Source: Octopus vulgaris
Taxonomy: Eukaryota
DNA: 64,000 nucleotides
NCBI GenBank assembly: GCA_951406725.2
Contig: OX597821.1
Coordinates: 17,298,001 to 17,362,000 of the forward strand
Direction of reading: 5' to 3'
The notes under the pieces are model-generated. The model searched no databases, had not been told where the DNA came from, and saw only the letters and a list, made by a program, of their open reading frames with translations. Shown here piece after piece: positions 13,555-26,985 of the stretch (the stretch's first letter is position 1; the number at the start of each line of letters is the position of its first letter). Made by a program: the position numbers and the translations under genes.

Positions 13555-15102
13555 GCACAACAACTTCCACAAGGACATGTGTTACATCAAAAATTCTTGG
13601 TTGGGGATGCAAATCCTCTCATTCGCGTACGACATAATGCGGCAACAGCATAGAATTGAAGCGTCCATCTCTTTCTTCTCTCAATGTAGAATGAGGAAAT
13701 TTGGATGTTGAAGTAATGTAAATTAATATATTTATAGACGTGATGATATATAGATTTATGATGATACGCTTTATGATGATACGTGCGTCCGTGTACGTAT
13801 GTATACGTATACATATGTGTACATATGTACGAGTAAACATCTACGTCTGGATGTGCATACCCCGTTACTCTTCTTTAATAATTTTCTTTAATAATTTTTA
13901 AAAATTTTTTACATGTTTTTCTTTTTCGCAGATTTCTAATATCTTATAGCTATACCTATACGCGCGTATGTCTCTGTGTGTGTATGTAAGTGTATATGTA
14001 CACGCACATATGGACACACAGCCGTGTGTGCGTGCACGGGTAGACGTGAGTGCGTGACTCTTTACATGCGTTCTTATATACATCTTTTAATATCTTATAT
14101 CTAAACCTGTATGTGTGGGCATCTGTGTATGTGTATGTAAGGATGGACGTACGTATGTATATATGGGTGTGTGTATATGCGTATGTATAGATATACATGT
14201 GCATATATGTATGCATATGTGTATATGTATATGTGTATGTGCGTGTGTGGGTATATATGTATATATATATATATATGTACACGTGTAGTGTCCGTGTATA
14301 TATACGCATATTCTGTTGTATGTATGTATATATGCGCATGTGTGTGGGTGTATATGTGTTTCTGTACATGTTTACACGTGAGTACGTATGTATGCTTATA
14401 TGCTTGGAGCTGTGTATGCGCGCGTATATGTGCGCGTGTATATAGGTGTATGTATCCATGCTGGTATGTATGTACAAGATGACCACTTAATTCAAGGAAC
14501 TAGATTAGCTGCCCAACAGCTCTGATTTACAATACACTAGGTCCCCAGACGCCCCCGTTGATTTATTGACACCCAAAACTTTTACAAATAAATTTTGTCA
14601 TTTTCCTGACCACCATGTTTGGTCCGTAACCACTATACATCCCTTATCCTTATATTTTTTTACATTTTTTATCATTTTTATTCCTATTTTTATTTTTACT
14701 TTATAACTTTATACCTTTATATTCATTTATATTTTTTTATATTCTTTATATCCCCTTTATATCTCCTTATATCTCTTTATATCTTTATACTCTACATTTT
14801 TATATTTTTCTATACTTACACTTTTTATATATTTTTTATCCTTCGTCCTGAATTCTCGCCCCTCCATCTTTACCCCTATTTACTCTTATTACCAGGTTCC
14901 TTCACGTCTATATATATATTTATCTATTAATTTATTTACATTACTTCAACATCCAAATTTCCTCATTCTACATTGAGAGAAGAAAGAGATGGACGCTTCA
15001 ATTCTATGCTGTTGCCGCATTATGTCGTACGCGAATGAGAGGATTTGCATCCCCAACCAAGAATTTTTGATGTAACACATGTCCTTGTGGAAGTTGTTGT
15101 GC

Positions 15103-15180
15103 GCGGCTGAAGAAGGCCACAGACATACATTATGCATTGTTATAAATCTGTCTGATAAAGGCCCGAAACATATGTACCGC
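15103..15180 (+). ncRNA. Minimal type I hammerhead ribozyme motif
   Basis: GCGG-CTGAAGA-AGGCCACAGA...TCTGT...GGCCC-GAAA-CATATG-TA-CCGC. Perfect stem I, canonical core, GUA cleavage triplet, palindromic stem III. Confidence 0.85.
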
Positions 15181-15282
15181 TGAATCCTTGGCATCATGTT
15201 TTTATTTTGATCAATTTACTCCACCACCTACACCACCAAACGGTATACACAGGTGCTTATAATTATCAAGTACTCACCCCGA

Positions 15283-15326
<44 letters not shown>

Positions 15327-15409
15327 AAGGGTGAAAAGGAACACACGAGTTGATATATATGAAAAGACAAGTCAAAATAGAAAATGCTAAAATAATTTTA
15401 TAAAGAACA

Positions 15410-15453
15410 TTTCAGTACCGGTTTCGGTCATTTTGAGACCTTTTCAACAGTAA
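15410..15453 (-). ncRNA. Hammerhead-like motif with U3-A8 core variant
   Basis: TTACTG-TTGAAAA-GGTC(tcaaaat)GACC-GAAA-CCGG-TA-CTGAAA. Stem I has two mismatches. Lies in a ~360-bp element flanked by (TA)n. Confidence 0.55.
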
Positions 15454-15689
15454 CGATTAAATAATTAAATTTAGAAAAATTAGAAGAAAAGTATTTTTAA
15501 AGGAATATTTGTATAGTTTTCAAATTTTAGTGGCATTCTGCCTTTCTCTGACTCCCTTGTTTGCACTTGTGTGTTCGAGGTCCTTGTGAATTCTTGGTAG
15601 GGTAGAAGGAGAAGAGGGATGATGAGGAGAAGGGGTGGAGAAATTTGGGAGTGCCTTGATTGTCGTATTTTGAATGGTCAGTTGCAGTT

Positions 15690-15735
<46 letters not shown>

Positions 15736-15759
15736 GTTCATACATACATATAGATATGT

Positions 15760-15820
<61 letters not shown>

Positions 15821-16174
15821 TATCCCTCGCATTCCCTCTCTCTTTTATATCCCTTAGGGAGAGTGAACCTCAACGAAGTCAACCAGTCCTCTAGCGAAAT
15901 TTTTTTTCCATGTCACTAAGTTCATCTGTTGCAACCACTTTCTGCCATTGCCAAATTCTCTACTAACCAGAAATTCTTTTGACTAATCTAATGTCTACCA
16001 TCGAGATCATTTATCTAAATTTAGCTCTAGCCCTCTCTCTTTCTCCATATTTACAAATACATGTGTGCCTTTGTATGTGTGTTTGTGTGTATATTTACAT
16101 ATATATGCAGATATGCAAATATAGATATGTATATCCATATCTGTATATTTATCTATATATGTATACACACACAC

Positions 16175-16208
<34 letters not shown>

Positions 16209-16230
16209 ATTATGTATATGTATATGTATG

Positions 16231-16280
<50 letters not shown>

Positions 16281-16359
16281 ATGCGTACAATACACATGTA
16301 TATAGTCACGCATAATAAATATGCATTATGGGTGTATATTTGTACGAGCTTGTGTGTGT

Positions 16360-16449
<90 letters not shown>

Positions 16450-16620
16450 ATATTAATATATCCCCTTCTCTGTCACGAATACGAGATAGCACAACACTCA
16501 CTTCTTTTTATGCGTCCTCATATTTCTCTTTCTTTCTCTTTCTTTCTCTATCTCTCTCTCTCTCTCTCTCTCTTCCTCTCTTCTCACACTCTCTTTATTT
16601 ATCTATCTATCTATCTCTCA
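15690..16620. repeat. (TA)n, (TG)n, (CT)n microsatellites
   Basis: Directly visible. Confidence 0.9.
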
Positions 16621-17003
16621 TGCAACTTTCTTTGACACATTTCTTAAAACTTTCACTGACATTGAACAATATATAAGTGACGTTGCAATCGCCACTTTTT
16701 AACTGTCTGCACCATTTATTCTCCTTAGCAGTTCTATATGACTACGTTTCATACCCAACCCCTGACTATTCTTTCCAGTTATCGCTCAAGTCAATTTATC
16801 TCACATTTTCCTCACACTCTGCCCAATTCACAACTCACATTACTGCGTCTCACCAATCCTTCTTGTCCATTCCGTTCAAGATTGTCTCACTTTGCGCTCA
16901 GCTCGTCTTTTATACATCTGCATGTGTATGTATGTGTGCATGTATGTATGTATATAGTGTCTGTGTGTATGTGTATATATACGTGTCTGTGTGTAAGTGC
17001 ATA

Positions 17004-17170
17004 TAGGCGCAGGCGTGGCTCTGTGGTAACAAGTTTGCTTCTTAATCGTATGTTTCAGGGTTTTGTCCCATTGCGTGGAATATTGGGCACGTCTGTTTTA
17101 CTATACCCTCGGGCCGACCAAAGCCTTGTGAGTCGATTTAGTGTACGGAGTCTGAAAGAAGCCTACCGTA
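17004..17170 (+). mobile_element. SINE family A, 5' part (diverged)
   Basis: TAGGCGCAGGCGTGGCTCTGTGGTAAC...CTCGGGCCGACCAAAGCCTTGTGAG. Confidence 0.75.
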
Positions 17171-17249
17171 TATATATATATATAATATAAAATCCGTTCT
17201 GTCTGTCTGTATGTGTGTCTTCTAGGATCTCGGGCATCCTCCATCCGAT

Positions 17250-18880
17250 TGGACCTCAGAACTCTGCATTCAATAAAACCGTAGCCCACAATGTTTTTGC
17301 AGTGCCAATACTCATACCAACATTCGGGCTGCTTGATTGGACACTTGATGAGATCCGAGCCACTGATGTGCAAACCCGAAAAATTCTAACGAACACACAT
17401 AAGGCAGCATTTGAAAGTCACATTATATCCCTTCGGCAACATCTTTTAACCACTAAGTGTCCAAGTGCATCCCTGACCAAGTTTGCATACATGAGGCTGA
17501 TAGCATCAGAAGACTTGGCCAGTAGCTCCTTGAGCAAAACTTTTTGCCTGATAAGCTAGAATACATGCCCAAAGAAGTTGCATGACTCTACCGCAATTAA
17601 TCTGCAGATACATACATACATACATACATACATACATACATACATACATACATACATACATACATAAATACATACATACATACATACATACATACATACA
17701 TACATACATACATACATACATACATACATACATACATACATACATACAAAAATACCCTATCGTTTATGTTGAATTTCCAATGAAGGGGCCTTAAATCTAG
17801 GTTAGAACCTAGTTCATTCTCCTTTGGCAAGAAATCTTGAAATAAACTGAATAATGACATACATACGGATGAGCCTATATGAGCAGAAGACTATGCATGG
17901 ATATGTTAGTAGAAAGCTCCGTGTTGATAGTAACATCGCTCATCAAAGTGGTTTATCATGTACCAATAGACGGATTACTACCTCCCACTTTGAAGGCTAT
18001 GCGTTTGCAATCTAACAACAGGAAATATCAATCAAGTACCTGATGCACAAACGGGATTGAGATGCAGGAAAAGCCGTAAAATGTGACAACCGATGCAGAC
18101 TTTGTGGATTTCAGACTGAAGATATCACCCACATCATAAGCAGTTATCCGAAAATATCATCACGGTTTATCTACCAATGAGACATGACGTTGTAGCTAGG
18201 ATACTCTATAATGAAATCCATCGGAAGGATAATCCCGAGGACAAAGAAATACGAATTCTCAATATGGCAGGACCCATAACCACTCATAATACAAAGGAAT
18301 GTACCAGTGAAGACCTCAATAAAATGTAAGCACAACAGACCTGATATAATGATTTGGGATTCAGATGAGAAACTGCGCACAGTTGTGGAAATTAGCTGCC
18401 CAGCGGATGTTAACATAAAGCTGAAGATCAGCGAAAAAGAGAACACCTATGCTGAACTATTGAGAAAAATGCAGTTACTCTATCAAGGTTTCAAGTTCAG
18501 GTTTATACCTGTAATTATTGGGGCCCTAGGATAGGTAACACACTGCCTAAATACCAATCTTGAGAAATTAGACTTCTCAAAACCAGAAAGGAGAAAGCTA
18601 ATTCGAAGACTACAGATCCAATCCATCACTGGAACTGTAAATATCTGTAAAACTTTCTAGTTTATCATTTAACTATATATGAGCCTGTCTAGATATGCAA
18701 TTACATGCGTGAGAATACATACATAAAACATACAAATAAGCACATACATACATATATACATACATACATAACTACCCTATCGTTTACGTTGACATTCCAA
18801 TGAAAGGGCCTTAAATCTAGGTTAGAACCTGGTTCATTCTCTTTTGGCAAGGAATCTTGAAATAAACTGAATAATGACAT
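17250..18880 (+). mobile_element. Degraded REL-type (R4/Dong-like) LINE associated with (TACA)n
   Basis: SAFNKTVAHNVFAVPILIPTFGLLDWTLDEIRATDVQTRKIL, CRLCG..TEDITHIISS, RHD, NRPDIMIWD...VEISCP, IPVIIGALG. Many stops. Ends AAATAAACTGAATAATGA-(CATA)n. Confidence 0.85.
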
Positions 18881-18949
18881 ACATACGTACACACACACAT
18901 ACATACATACATGCATACATACATAGAGATTGATAGGCAGATTGATAAA

Positions 18950-19068
<119 letters not shown>

Positions 19069-19444
19069 AGAATATAGGTATGCAGTTGCAAAGATAGAAC
19101 AAACATCAGAGCTGATTAACAAAGGAAGAGATGTCAGATTGTTAATAGATTCTAGCAATATTGGCAAAAAAAGCATGCAAAGATGATGACTTAATTTCAC
19201 AATTCTTAGACGAGAAGAAACTTTGTAATTTTTGGCTCGAGAATCACGTCTTCGATCATAAAAATTACTAATATAAATTGAATATTGAATGATTACTTAT
19301 GTTTGCATTAAATTTTGGAAATGATACTATTATGTAGAAGTTACTATTTATCAATACTCTCCTGTCATGTGACGACAGCCATGAGGCTAAGATAGATACA
19401 AGAAGTGTAAAAGAGCGATGAGCAATGATGCTTAATAATTATTA

Positions 19445-19832
19445 CTATCGGTTCAAGGCCTGAAATTTTTTGGGGGTGAGGGTGGCCAGTCGATTAGATC
19501 GATCCCAGTATGCACCTGGTACTTAATTTATCGACCCTGAAAGGATGAAAGGCAAAGTCGACCTCGGCGGAATTTGAATTCAGAACGTAACGGCAAACGA
19601 AATACCTATTTCTTTACTACCCACAAGGGGCTAAGCACAGAGGGAACAAACAAGGACAGGCAAACGGATTAAGTCGATTACATCGACCCCAGTGCGTAAC
19701 TGGTACTTTATTTATCGACCCCGAAAGGATGAAAAGCAAAGTCGACCTCGGCGGAATTTGAACTCACGAGGCAGCGGCGGACGAAATACCCCTAAGCATT
19801 TCGCCCGGCGTGCTAACGTTTCTGCCAGCTCG
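19445..19832 (-). mobile_element. Two adjacent copies of tRNA-derived SINE family B
   Basis: Reverse complement of 62441-62670 (GAGTTCAAATTCCGCCGAGGTCGACTTTGCCTTTCATCCTTTCGGGGTCGATAAA). Confidence 0.85.
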
Positions 19833-20922
19833 ATGCATAAAGCTTTACACCTCAGCATGGGTAGTCCCATCCATTTTTCTTACATTTGATGATTATTAGC
19901 TCGAGTTTCAGAATAAGTACTAGGCTTACAAAGAATAAGTCTTGGGGTCGATTTGTTCGACTAAAGGTGGTGCTCCATCATTGCCACATTCAAATGACTG
20001 AAACAAATAAAAGAATTTTAAAATGTGTGTGTGTGTGTATTGGTATATATTGATATATAACTTTTAAATTTGTTTACGGGAAACGTTTTGAATATTTGGT
20101 AAAGCTCTTATTCCATCATGCTGCCTATAGTCTAATGATGCTGACTGGTGAACCAGATTTTATGGTTCCTTCGAGCTGTACCAATATAATGTAGGATAAG
20201 CATAGTAATAATAACAATAAATAGTAAATAATTAAATGAATTTATTAATCCAACTTACATCGAATATCATTTTATCGATTACAATAAATAAAGATTATAA
20301 TAATCCTTGGATAAAATTTATAAATATTTCAATGCATCTCTAAGCGCGTTTTCACAAATCCCATCTCTCTTATGATCACAGTCCGTATTACTGGGATGGT
20401 TACCGTGTAGTCCGTATATTCGTCGGCCTATCATGTAAACATAAAAGCAAAACATCGTTTCTGGAGTACGAAAAGACATTTTCAAACAGAACAACATGAA
20501 CCGCTCTTAGCATATTATAGAACAAAGAAGGAACACAAACAAATAAACAGACAAACCAATTTTTAGGATGTAACCACTGCTGCATAAGAAATAAGTAAAA
20601 CGTCGCCCTCAGAAGGCATCGTTTATCAATTCAGACACTGAACTCCAACAGCTGATGGCAGTAGTGGTTGTACCAGCTGACCTGTTTACTTCAGACTTCA
20701 TAGAAGATAGTCATGCCTGAAATGAGATCGAACAAAAGAATGTACTACTCATCCTTGACATCTGCAGAGTGAATAGCAAAAAAACTCCAGCATCACCACA
20801 CACACCTCCATCCCCATATAACTACCATTCCCTCCTCTCTTTCCATCCTCCAGGAGTGGCTGTGTGGTAAGTAGCTTGGCTTACTTCTGCACATGCGCAT
20901 TGGTGTTTTGGTTCAACCCTTG

Positions 20923-22800
20923 AACAGAGAGGACATGAGCTTGTGTGCTCCGTCCTAACACGGAAAATTAAGAAGTCCGTTCGAGGTAGGTGATTTTGTT
21001 TGTTTTGAGCTCGGCGTGATTTATTGTTTCGAAATTTTTTCAGTAAATTTCGCCCAGCTCTGGGACAATTTCGCCTGATTTTTGCTTGTTGAAAAAAGGT
21101 TGGAAGCGTATTGAAGTTTGTTCCAGTCATTGAAAATTTTTGTTGCTCATTGTGGCGAAGATTCGTCTTCTGTGGATTTAAGATTCCAGCTCGGAAGGCC
21201 AGGAGTACCTGTGGCCGGAATTGTGTGGTTGCCATTTGGAACCATATTTCTTCCGTGTTTTTCCTTCTGTTTTTTTAACTGTCCTTTTTTTGTTCTCTTT
21301 TGTCTTATTTTTTACTATTTATTTTTCGTTCTGACTTTTTTTTCTTCTTTCTTGTGTATTTCTATATTTGTGGACATTTGAACTTTCTTCCTTATGGCGA
21401 TAAAGAATGGTACCGCTGCTCTGGAGTGGGAGATTGTCCCACCCAAGCAGTGGTTAAAAGATATGGTGGAGAGGACGGTGGTGGTTAGAACTTATTCTAA
21501 AGTTCTTGATTCCATCACCGTCTCCCCAAAACCAGTTATAGAAAATGAACTGAAAGATTATTTGTCCTCTGTGAAATACATATCCCATGGTGTCAAACAT
21601 GCAACCATATGGTTGCTGTTTGACAATGGGGAAAAGGCTCGCAAATTTGCGAGTCAGCCTTTAGAGGGTAACGAAATTCTGTCCTTCCCGTCGTACTGCG
21701 GGAGGAAATTAATAAGAGCCTGGGTATGTGGGTTACCCCCAGACACCGGGGTGGGGGTGGGGGTGGATTGAAGATACCATCCGACGGGGACTAGGGGATA
21801 GCGGGCCCAGGCTCTTAAATGTAAGGGTATTGCCGGCGGTCGATTGGGAAGGGTCAAAAGCGATTTTGACCCTGTGAACCCCATCGGCCCCAACAGATCT
21901 GGTTTTCCCATATTTTTTTAAATGGCTGGCTGCAGGTATCTGCAGGTGTCACTCGTGCATGCAGCCAGGCCACATTAAAAAGAACTGCCCCCAGGATCAT
22001 GGTAAGGTCCTAGAACAGTCACTGGATGCCACCTCCCCTACCCGGTCAAAGGGAGAGGTGGGTGTGGTTAAGCCTCCTCAACCCAAAAAGGATTAAAAAG
22101 GAAGAATGCGGGCAACAATAGTTGCCCGCCGAAGAGCCCTAAGGCTTCGGGAATTGGGGGAGAGACTCCGGACAAAGCGGAAGAGCTCCACTCTCCCGAA
22201 GTCAGGAAGAAAAGAAAAAAAGAAAGAAGAAGAACGGGTCATCGCAGGGGGGAGATGATGTGCCGTCTGTACGTCCCGAAGTTGTGCCCCCCACGGTGGA
22301 AGAAACGACCCCCACCCTTAAAGATGATGAATTAATTATCTTTTTCTACAAGGGCAGGGCAGTGGGAAAATAGTAGAGGAACATAAAGAGACAGTAGATA
22401 TGCCCTTCACATGGGATCCCGAATGGCCTCCGCAGATAGCTGTGGAGGTTATAAGGTTTCCCTTGTGGAAAAGGCTTAAAGGATTTGGAGAGGAGTGTCG
22501 CATATGGCCGGGTGGCCCTTACACGACTTACATGTCCTACATGTGTGAGGCATGGGAAATGGCGGGATACAAGAACTCAAGCGACATTGAAGATAATAAT
22601 GAATATATCGATGGATATATCTATGAGTAGGAGGTGAAAAAGTCTCGTTAGGGGGTTTGAAACCTCATCTTATTGTATTATTTGTAGTGGTTTATAACCT
22701 CAATTGTATGTTTAAAAAAAATATGTTGAGTAAGAGATTTTAGGGCCTCCTTCTTGTAAGAGGTTTGAAACCTCATGTTGATTTTTAAAAATAGAAAATA
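20923..22800 (+). mobile_element. ORF1-only Tx1/L1-like (HAL1-like) element, disrupted
   Basis: ORF from 21394 with RRM-like segments (RTVVVR...ATIWLLFDNGEKARKF...IRAWVCGLPPD) and a gag-type knuckle CHSCMQPGHIKKNC at 21947-21988. Lys/Pro-rich region follows; no endonuclease or RT downstream; A-rich end. Confidence 0.65.
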
Positions 22801-22942
22801 TGTTTTCGAGAAAAATCCAATCGGCGGGTGTTGGGTTTCGTCTCTCATTTATTCATTTTATTTCATTTTCATTCATTAATGTTTGTCTAACCGCAAAGCT
22901 ACACAATCTTTGTACTGTCTATATGACAAATTTTATGAAATA

Positions 22943-23075
22943 AAGTAGCTTGCTTACCAACCACATGTTTCCGGCTTCAGTCCCACTGCGTGGCACCTTG
23001 TCTTCTTCTATAGCCTCGGGCCGACCAAAGCCTTGTGAGTGGATTTGATAGACTGAAACTAAAATATGCCCGTCG

Positions 23076-23155
<80 letters not shown>

Positions 23156-23378
23156 TGTGTGTCTGTGTTTGAATCCCCCACACACACACAACATCGCTTG
23201 ACAACCGATGCTGGTGTGCTTACGTCCCCGTAACTTAGCGGTTCGGCAAAAAGGGACCGATAGAAAAAGTACTAGGCTTACAAAGAATAAGTCCTAGGGT
23301 CGATTTCCTCGACTACAGGCGGTGCTCCAGCATGGCCGCTGTCAAATGACTGAAACAAGAGAAAGAGTAAAAGAGTAA
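22943..23378 (+). mobile_element. SINE family A
   Basis: B-box head, internal (TA)(TG) tract, conserved 3' body, (GAGTAAAA)n tail. Confidence 0.9.
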
Positions 23379-23704
23379 ATGCACACAGAAATACCCACTT
23401 AACTCATTCAACCTTCTCGCTAGTCAAAAGGGATAAACAACCCTCAGCTAAGCATCCATGAAGATAATCTTTCTGATGCCCACGGATACTACTATGATAA
23501 GCATTTTGCTCGGTGCGGTAAGGATTCTGCCAGCTCGCTGCGTAAAGAAAATCTGTAATATGCACATACGATATATGATGCAATTTTTGTTGCTTTTTTT
23601 TATCAATCATAAGAAATTAAACTCTTTTGACATGACACCATTATAATGCTTTCTTGATAGCTGTAGACTTACAACTATATGTCATAACCACGATGTCTCT
23701 AAAC

Positions 23705-23924
23705 CAGTGCTTTTCAAATTTTTTGCTGGAGCGGAACCCCAAGGAAACATTCCACTGGCTCGAGGAACCCCTGTGCAATAATTTAATAGTCTTATGCACA
23801 CATATCTGCATAGGAGACTTAAAAATTTACTGCCGATTTTAGCAGTTTTGTAACTTCTTGCGGAACCCCTGGACTGTACTAGCGGAACCCTAAGGTTCCG
23901 CGGAACCCTGGTTGAAAACCACTG
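23705..23924. mobile_element. hAT-type MITE (longer copy of 690-868)
   Basis: Same TIRs; perfect TSD CTCTAAAC at 23697-23704 and 23925-23932; internal GCGGAACCC subrepeats. Confidence 0.9.
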
Positions 23925-26263
23925 CTCTAAACCGTCTAGACCAACCACAATTCGTTGCTGATGTATGTATTACACTTTGAATATGGTTTCTAAATGTAGC
24001 TTTGGATGAGCACAGTTAATAATTAAACTGGAATGCCTTCAAGAAGAGAAGAACAATGGGCAAACATAAATGGAAACTCCAGGACAGTTCTTTGGCCGTT
24101 AATATGTTCGTTTCTGGGAAGAGTACGGACAGCTGACATTCCGTGACTATGTCGAAGGGTCAGAACACAGAATAACAGTCTTTTTCATTCATCACGACTA
24201 TCGAAACCAACGAGCTTTCCTTTGTTTCCTTTTACCATTCTTGCTGCTGCAGATAATCAGTTTCTTTTTTTTTTCCTCAGATACAGGATTTTACCCCTGC
24301 ATGAAGACTTTACACCTTTAGTACTGATATTCATATGTACTGGAATTCTGGTACATTAACATTCTCTATATTGCTATTGAATTGTCCAATAACAACCTTA
24401 TAATGTCCATACATAGCACTGGCGTCACCGAATTAAATGAAATGTCGATATTCGGAATACGTACAGCCGACAGAGTTGTTATCATAGCCTTTGAGCAAGA
24501 TATTGAGTACATTTTGCAGCATAAAAAGGATCTGAGATATAGCAAACGTATATTCTTCAAACACATACGCTACCACTTTTTTAAAGTAAAAACACAGTGG
24601 ATGATGTGGTTCAAGATACACAAAGTTTTGAAAACTGCTGGATGGTCAGGAATTGACCTCCTACGATCATATTTCTTGAACAGTGCAGAACTGGATCTAA
24701 ACAAAAGCAAGAAAACATGGTAAGGGAGAAAGTTGGAGAAGGAATCATATATAAAAGCGGGAAAAAAGAAAAACAAAGAAAAGAGAGCTGAAGTTCTTGT
24801 CGTCATCATCATTTTTGCTATTTAGCCTCAGGTCAGCCGTGATTGAAAATATCTACGATCAGAAGCAATCCAGCCGTGACGAACCTGCATTTCCGTAAGC
24901 CCAGTTTTTCATTATTCAAGGTGTCCTTTGTGATTTAAAACGGTAAGCTGTGATTTGAGGTTGCATTGTTTGCTATTTCTAATGTAACCACTGGCTACAT
25001 AAAGGCGCCATCTTAGACTTAAGATAGTATTTATTACACTGAAGTGAAACGTGCGTAGTACTAATTCAAAATTGGTGAATATTTGGGTGGTGATAATATC
25101 GAGATAGAAATATCTCGTACAAAGATGTAGGAATAAATTAGTATAAATATGGTGGAACTATAGAGGAAAGACGGCTTCAAAATAAATAACCGAAAATGTT
25201 TTTGATTTAGTTTTCGCTTTATCTGTTTTATATTTATTTTTTTTTAAAATAGATGTTTTTGTTATATTTTGTATTCCGTTCCATTCTGGATATGTGCACG
25301 AAGCATTGAACTGTAAAGAAAACTACCGTAATAACAGTTAAACTATTGAGCTAAAACCAATAGCGGATAGAATACTATTTATAACGAAACTTGCTCTTTT
25401 GATGGATAAATAAATAAAGGTATAATAAACAAGCAAATAAAAATAAAACGAAAACAAAATAAATAAATAAATATATAAATTTCGAACTTTTCTCGAAGCT
25501 ACAAAGAAGCAAAATAAGATGATGTAAAATAAATTGATTGGTTAACTTCGGTGTTTTCTTGTTCAGATTTGTCTTTTATATATATATTACATTTTTTAAT
25601 AATTTTTTTTGCTGTTGTTCTTGTTACTTTTGTTTATATTGCTGATTTGTTGTTGGTTTCTTACTTAAAATTTCGTTTTCGCATCATGAATGAATGGTAT
25701 TTTATGTTTTGCGTGTTTTTTTTTTTCCTTTTTTTATTATCTTTGTAGTCTTCTCAACAATGAGATATCCATTTGCCAGCGTGTTGCTGGCATTTTAAAA
25801 GATCTCATCTTGTCTCGCCTCTTGGCTATTTCACCCTCGGGTTAACACTAACAACATATGTATGGTGTAATCTTAGGAAGTTTATTACCGATAAACAAAT
25901 TTCACTGTTTACTCTTCCTCTCAGGTTATATAGTATAAAATATATTACCTACGAGAAAATAATTCTTTTAACATCCTTCATCTCCCGCTTTCTCTATTTT
26001 TACTTCTCTACTCCCTTGTCTCTGTCTCTCTGTCTCCCTCTCTCCCTCTCTCTTTCACTTTCTCTGGCTCGTTTGCTCACTCTTCCTCTCTTCATATAAT
26101 GGTTAGTGCACTCATTCGCACATTATACACCTGTTTCCCAGTCATTATCATGTACCCAATACTTCAGACTATTTTACTCGCTATGTGTCACTAAGCGCGT
26201 ATTTTCTTTCTTTACGCCTTCAATCTTTTAACTCTTACTCTCTCTAGTTCAATCTTTTACTCT

Positions 26264-26329
<66 letters not shown>

Positions 26330-26366
26330 ATAATATGTCTACGCGTGCGTGAATGTGCGCGCTTTT

Positions 26367-26715
26367 GTATGTTCCTATATACGAATCTAGATAGTTGCAT
26401 ATGTCAAAGTGCAAAGATTCAACAAAACTAATGCAGATCTAATTTTTATACAGTTTTTACAATTATAAAAGATATAAACCAAAATCATTACAAACTGCAA
26501 ACTGCTCAAAACATGGATATTTCTCATAGAGATGGATTGACATTTAGCACCGTTGAATACAAGAGGAAAATCGTTGAGCACAATACGTATGTTCAATTTG
26601 CTGCCGTTTGACGCACTCTAGCAAGTGAATTTTTCCTTCCTGTTTCATAATCAATGAGTAATAACTGGAATATAAACTAAAGGGCATACTTTATTAAATA
26701 TTTAATTATGCAATA
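26367..26715 (+). repeat. Copy 1 of an old ~350-bp tandem duplication
   Basis: Colinear, diverged match to 39415-39790 (GTTGCATAT, AAGATTCAA, TACAAACTGCAAA.TGCTCAAA, CACCGTTGAATACAAGA, TGTTCAATTT.CTGCCGTTTG, CTTTATTAAATATTTAATTATGCAATA). Confidence 0.85.
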
Positions 26716-26731
26716 CTTAATTGTGCAATTT

Positions 26732-26985
26732 GTGGAGGTGTGTGGCTTAGTGGTTAGGGTGTCAGCATCATGATCGTAAGATTATGGTTTCGATTCCTGG
26801 ACCGCGCGACGCGTTGTGTTCTTGAGCAAAACACTTCGTTTCACGTTGCTCCAGCCCGCTCAGCTGGCGAAAATGAGTAACGCTGCGATGGACTAGCGTC
26901 CCGTACTGCTGGGGAACACATACGCCATTGAAACCGGGAAACCAGGCCCATGAGCCTGGCTAGGCATTAAAAGGGCGCATTTATT
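26732..26985 (+). mobile_element. tRNA-derived SINE family C; relatives at 52914-53205, 61775-62060 and 63915-64000
   Basis: A box TGGCTTAGTGG, B box GGTTTCGATTCC, body GCGATGGACTAGCGTCCCG. TTAATTATGCAAT-like TSD. Confidence 0.85.

Larger units (their letters stand above)
13442..15286. mobile_element. Penelope-like non-autonomous element with ~280-bp inverted terminal repeats, each carrying a hammerhead motif
   Basis: 13442-13723 is the reverse complement of ~14934-15215 with few mismatches. Flanked by (TA)n on both sides; low-complexity interior. Confidence 0.75.

Noticed and set aside
17770-17816. CCAATGA...GAACCTAGTTC hammerhead-like pattern in the LINE 3' end (also ~18795)
   Set aside because: Essential core positions (U4, G5, GAAA) are not met in either copy.
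20400-20716. Possible minus-strand terminal exon after a TTTCAG acceptor (GMTIFYEV* or HDYLL*)
   Set aside because: Only a splice-like signal and a very short frame; no recognisable protein or upstream exon. Needs RNA-seq.
24280-25700. Candidate exons (plus acceptor at 24280; minus acceptor at 24697 with GTAAG donor near 25664) and the 113-aa ORF 24382-24723
   Set aside because: No recognisable domain, and such signals arise by chance in AT-rich DNA.
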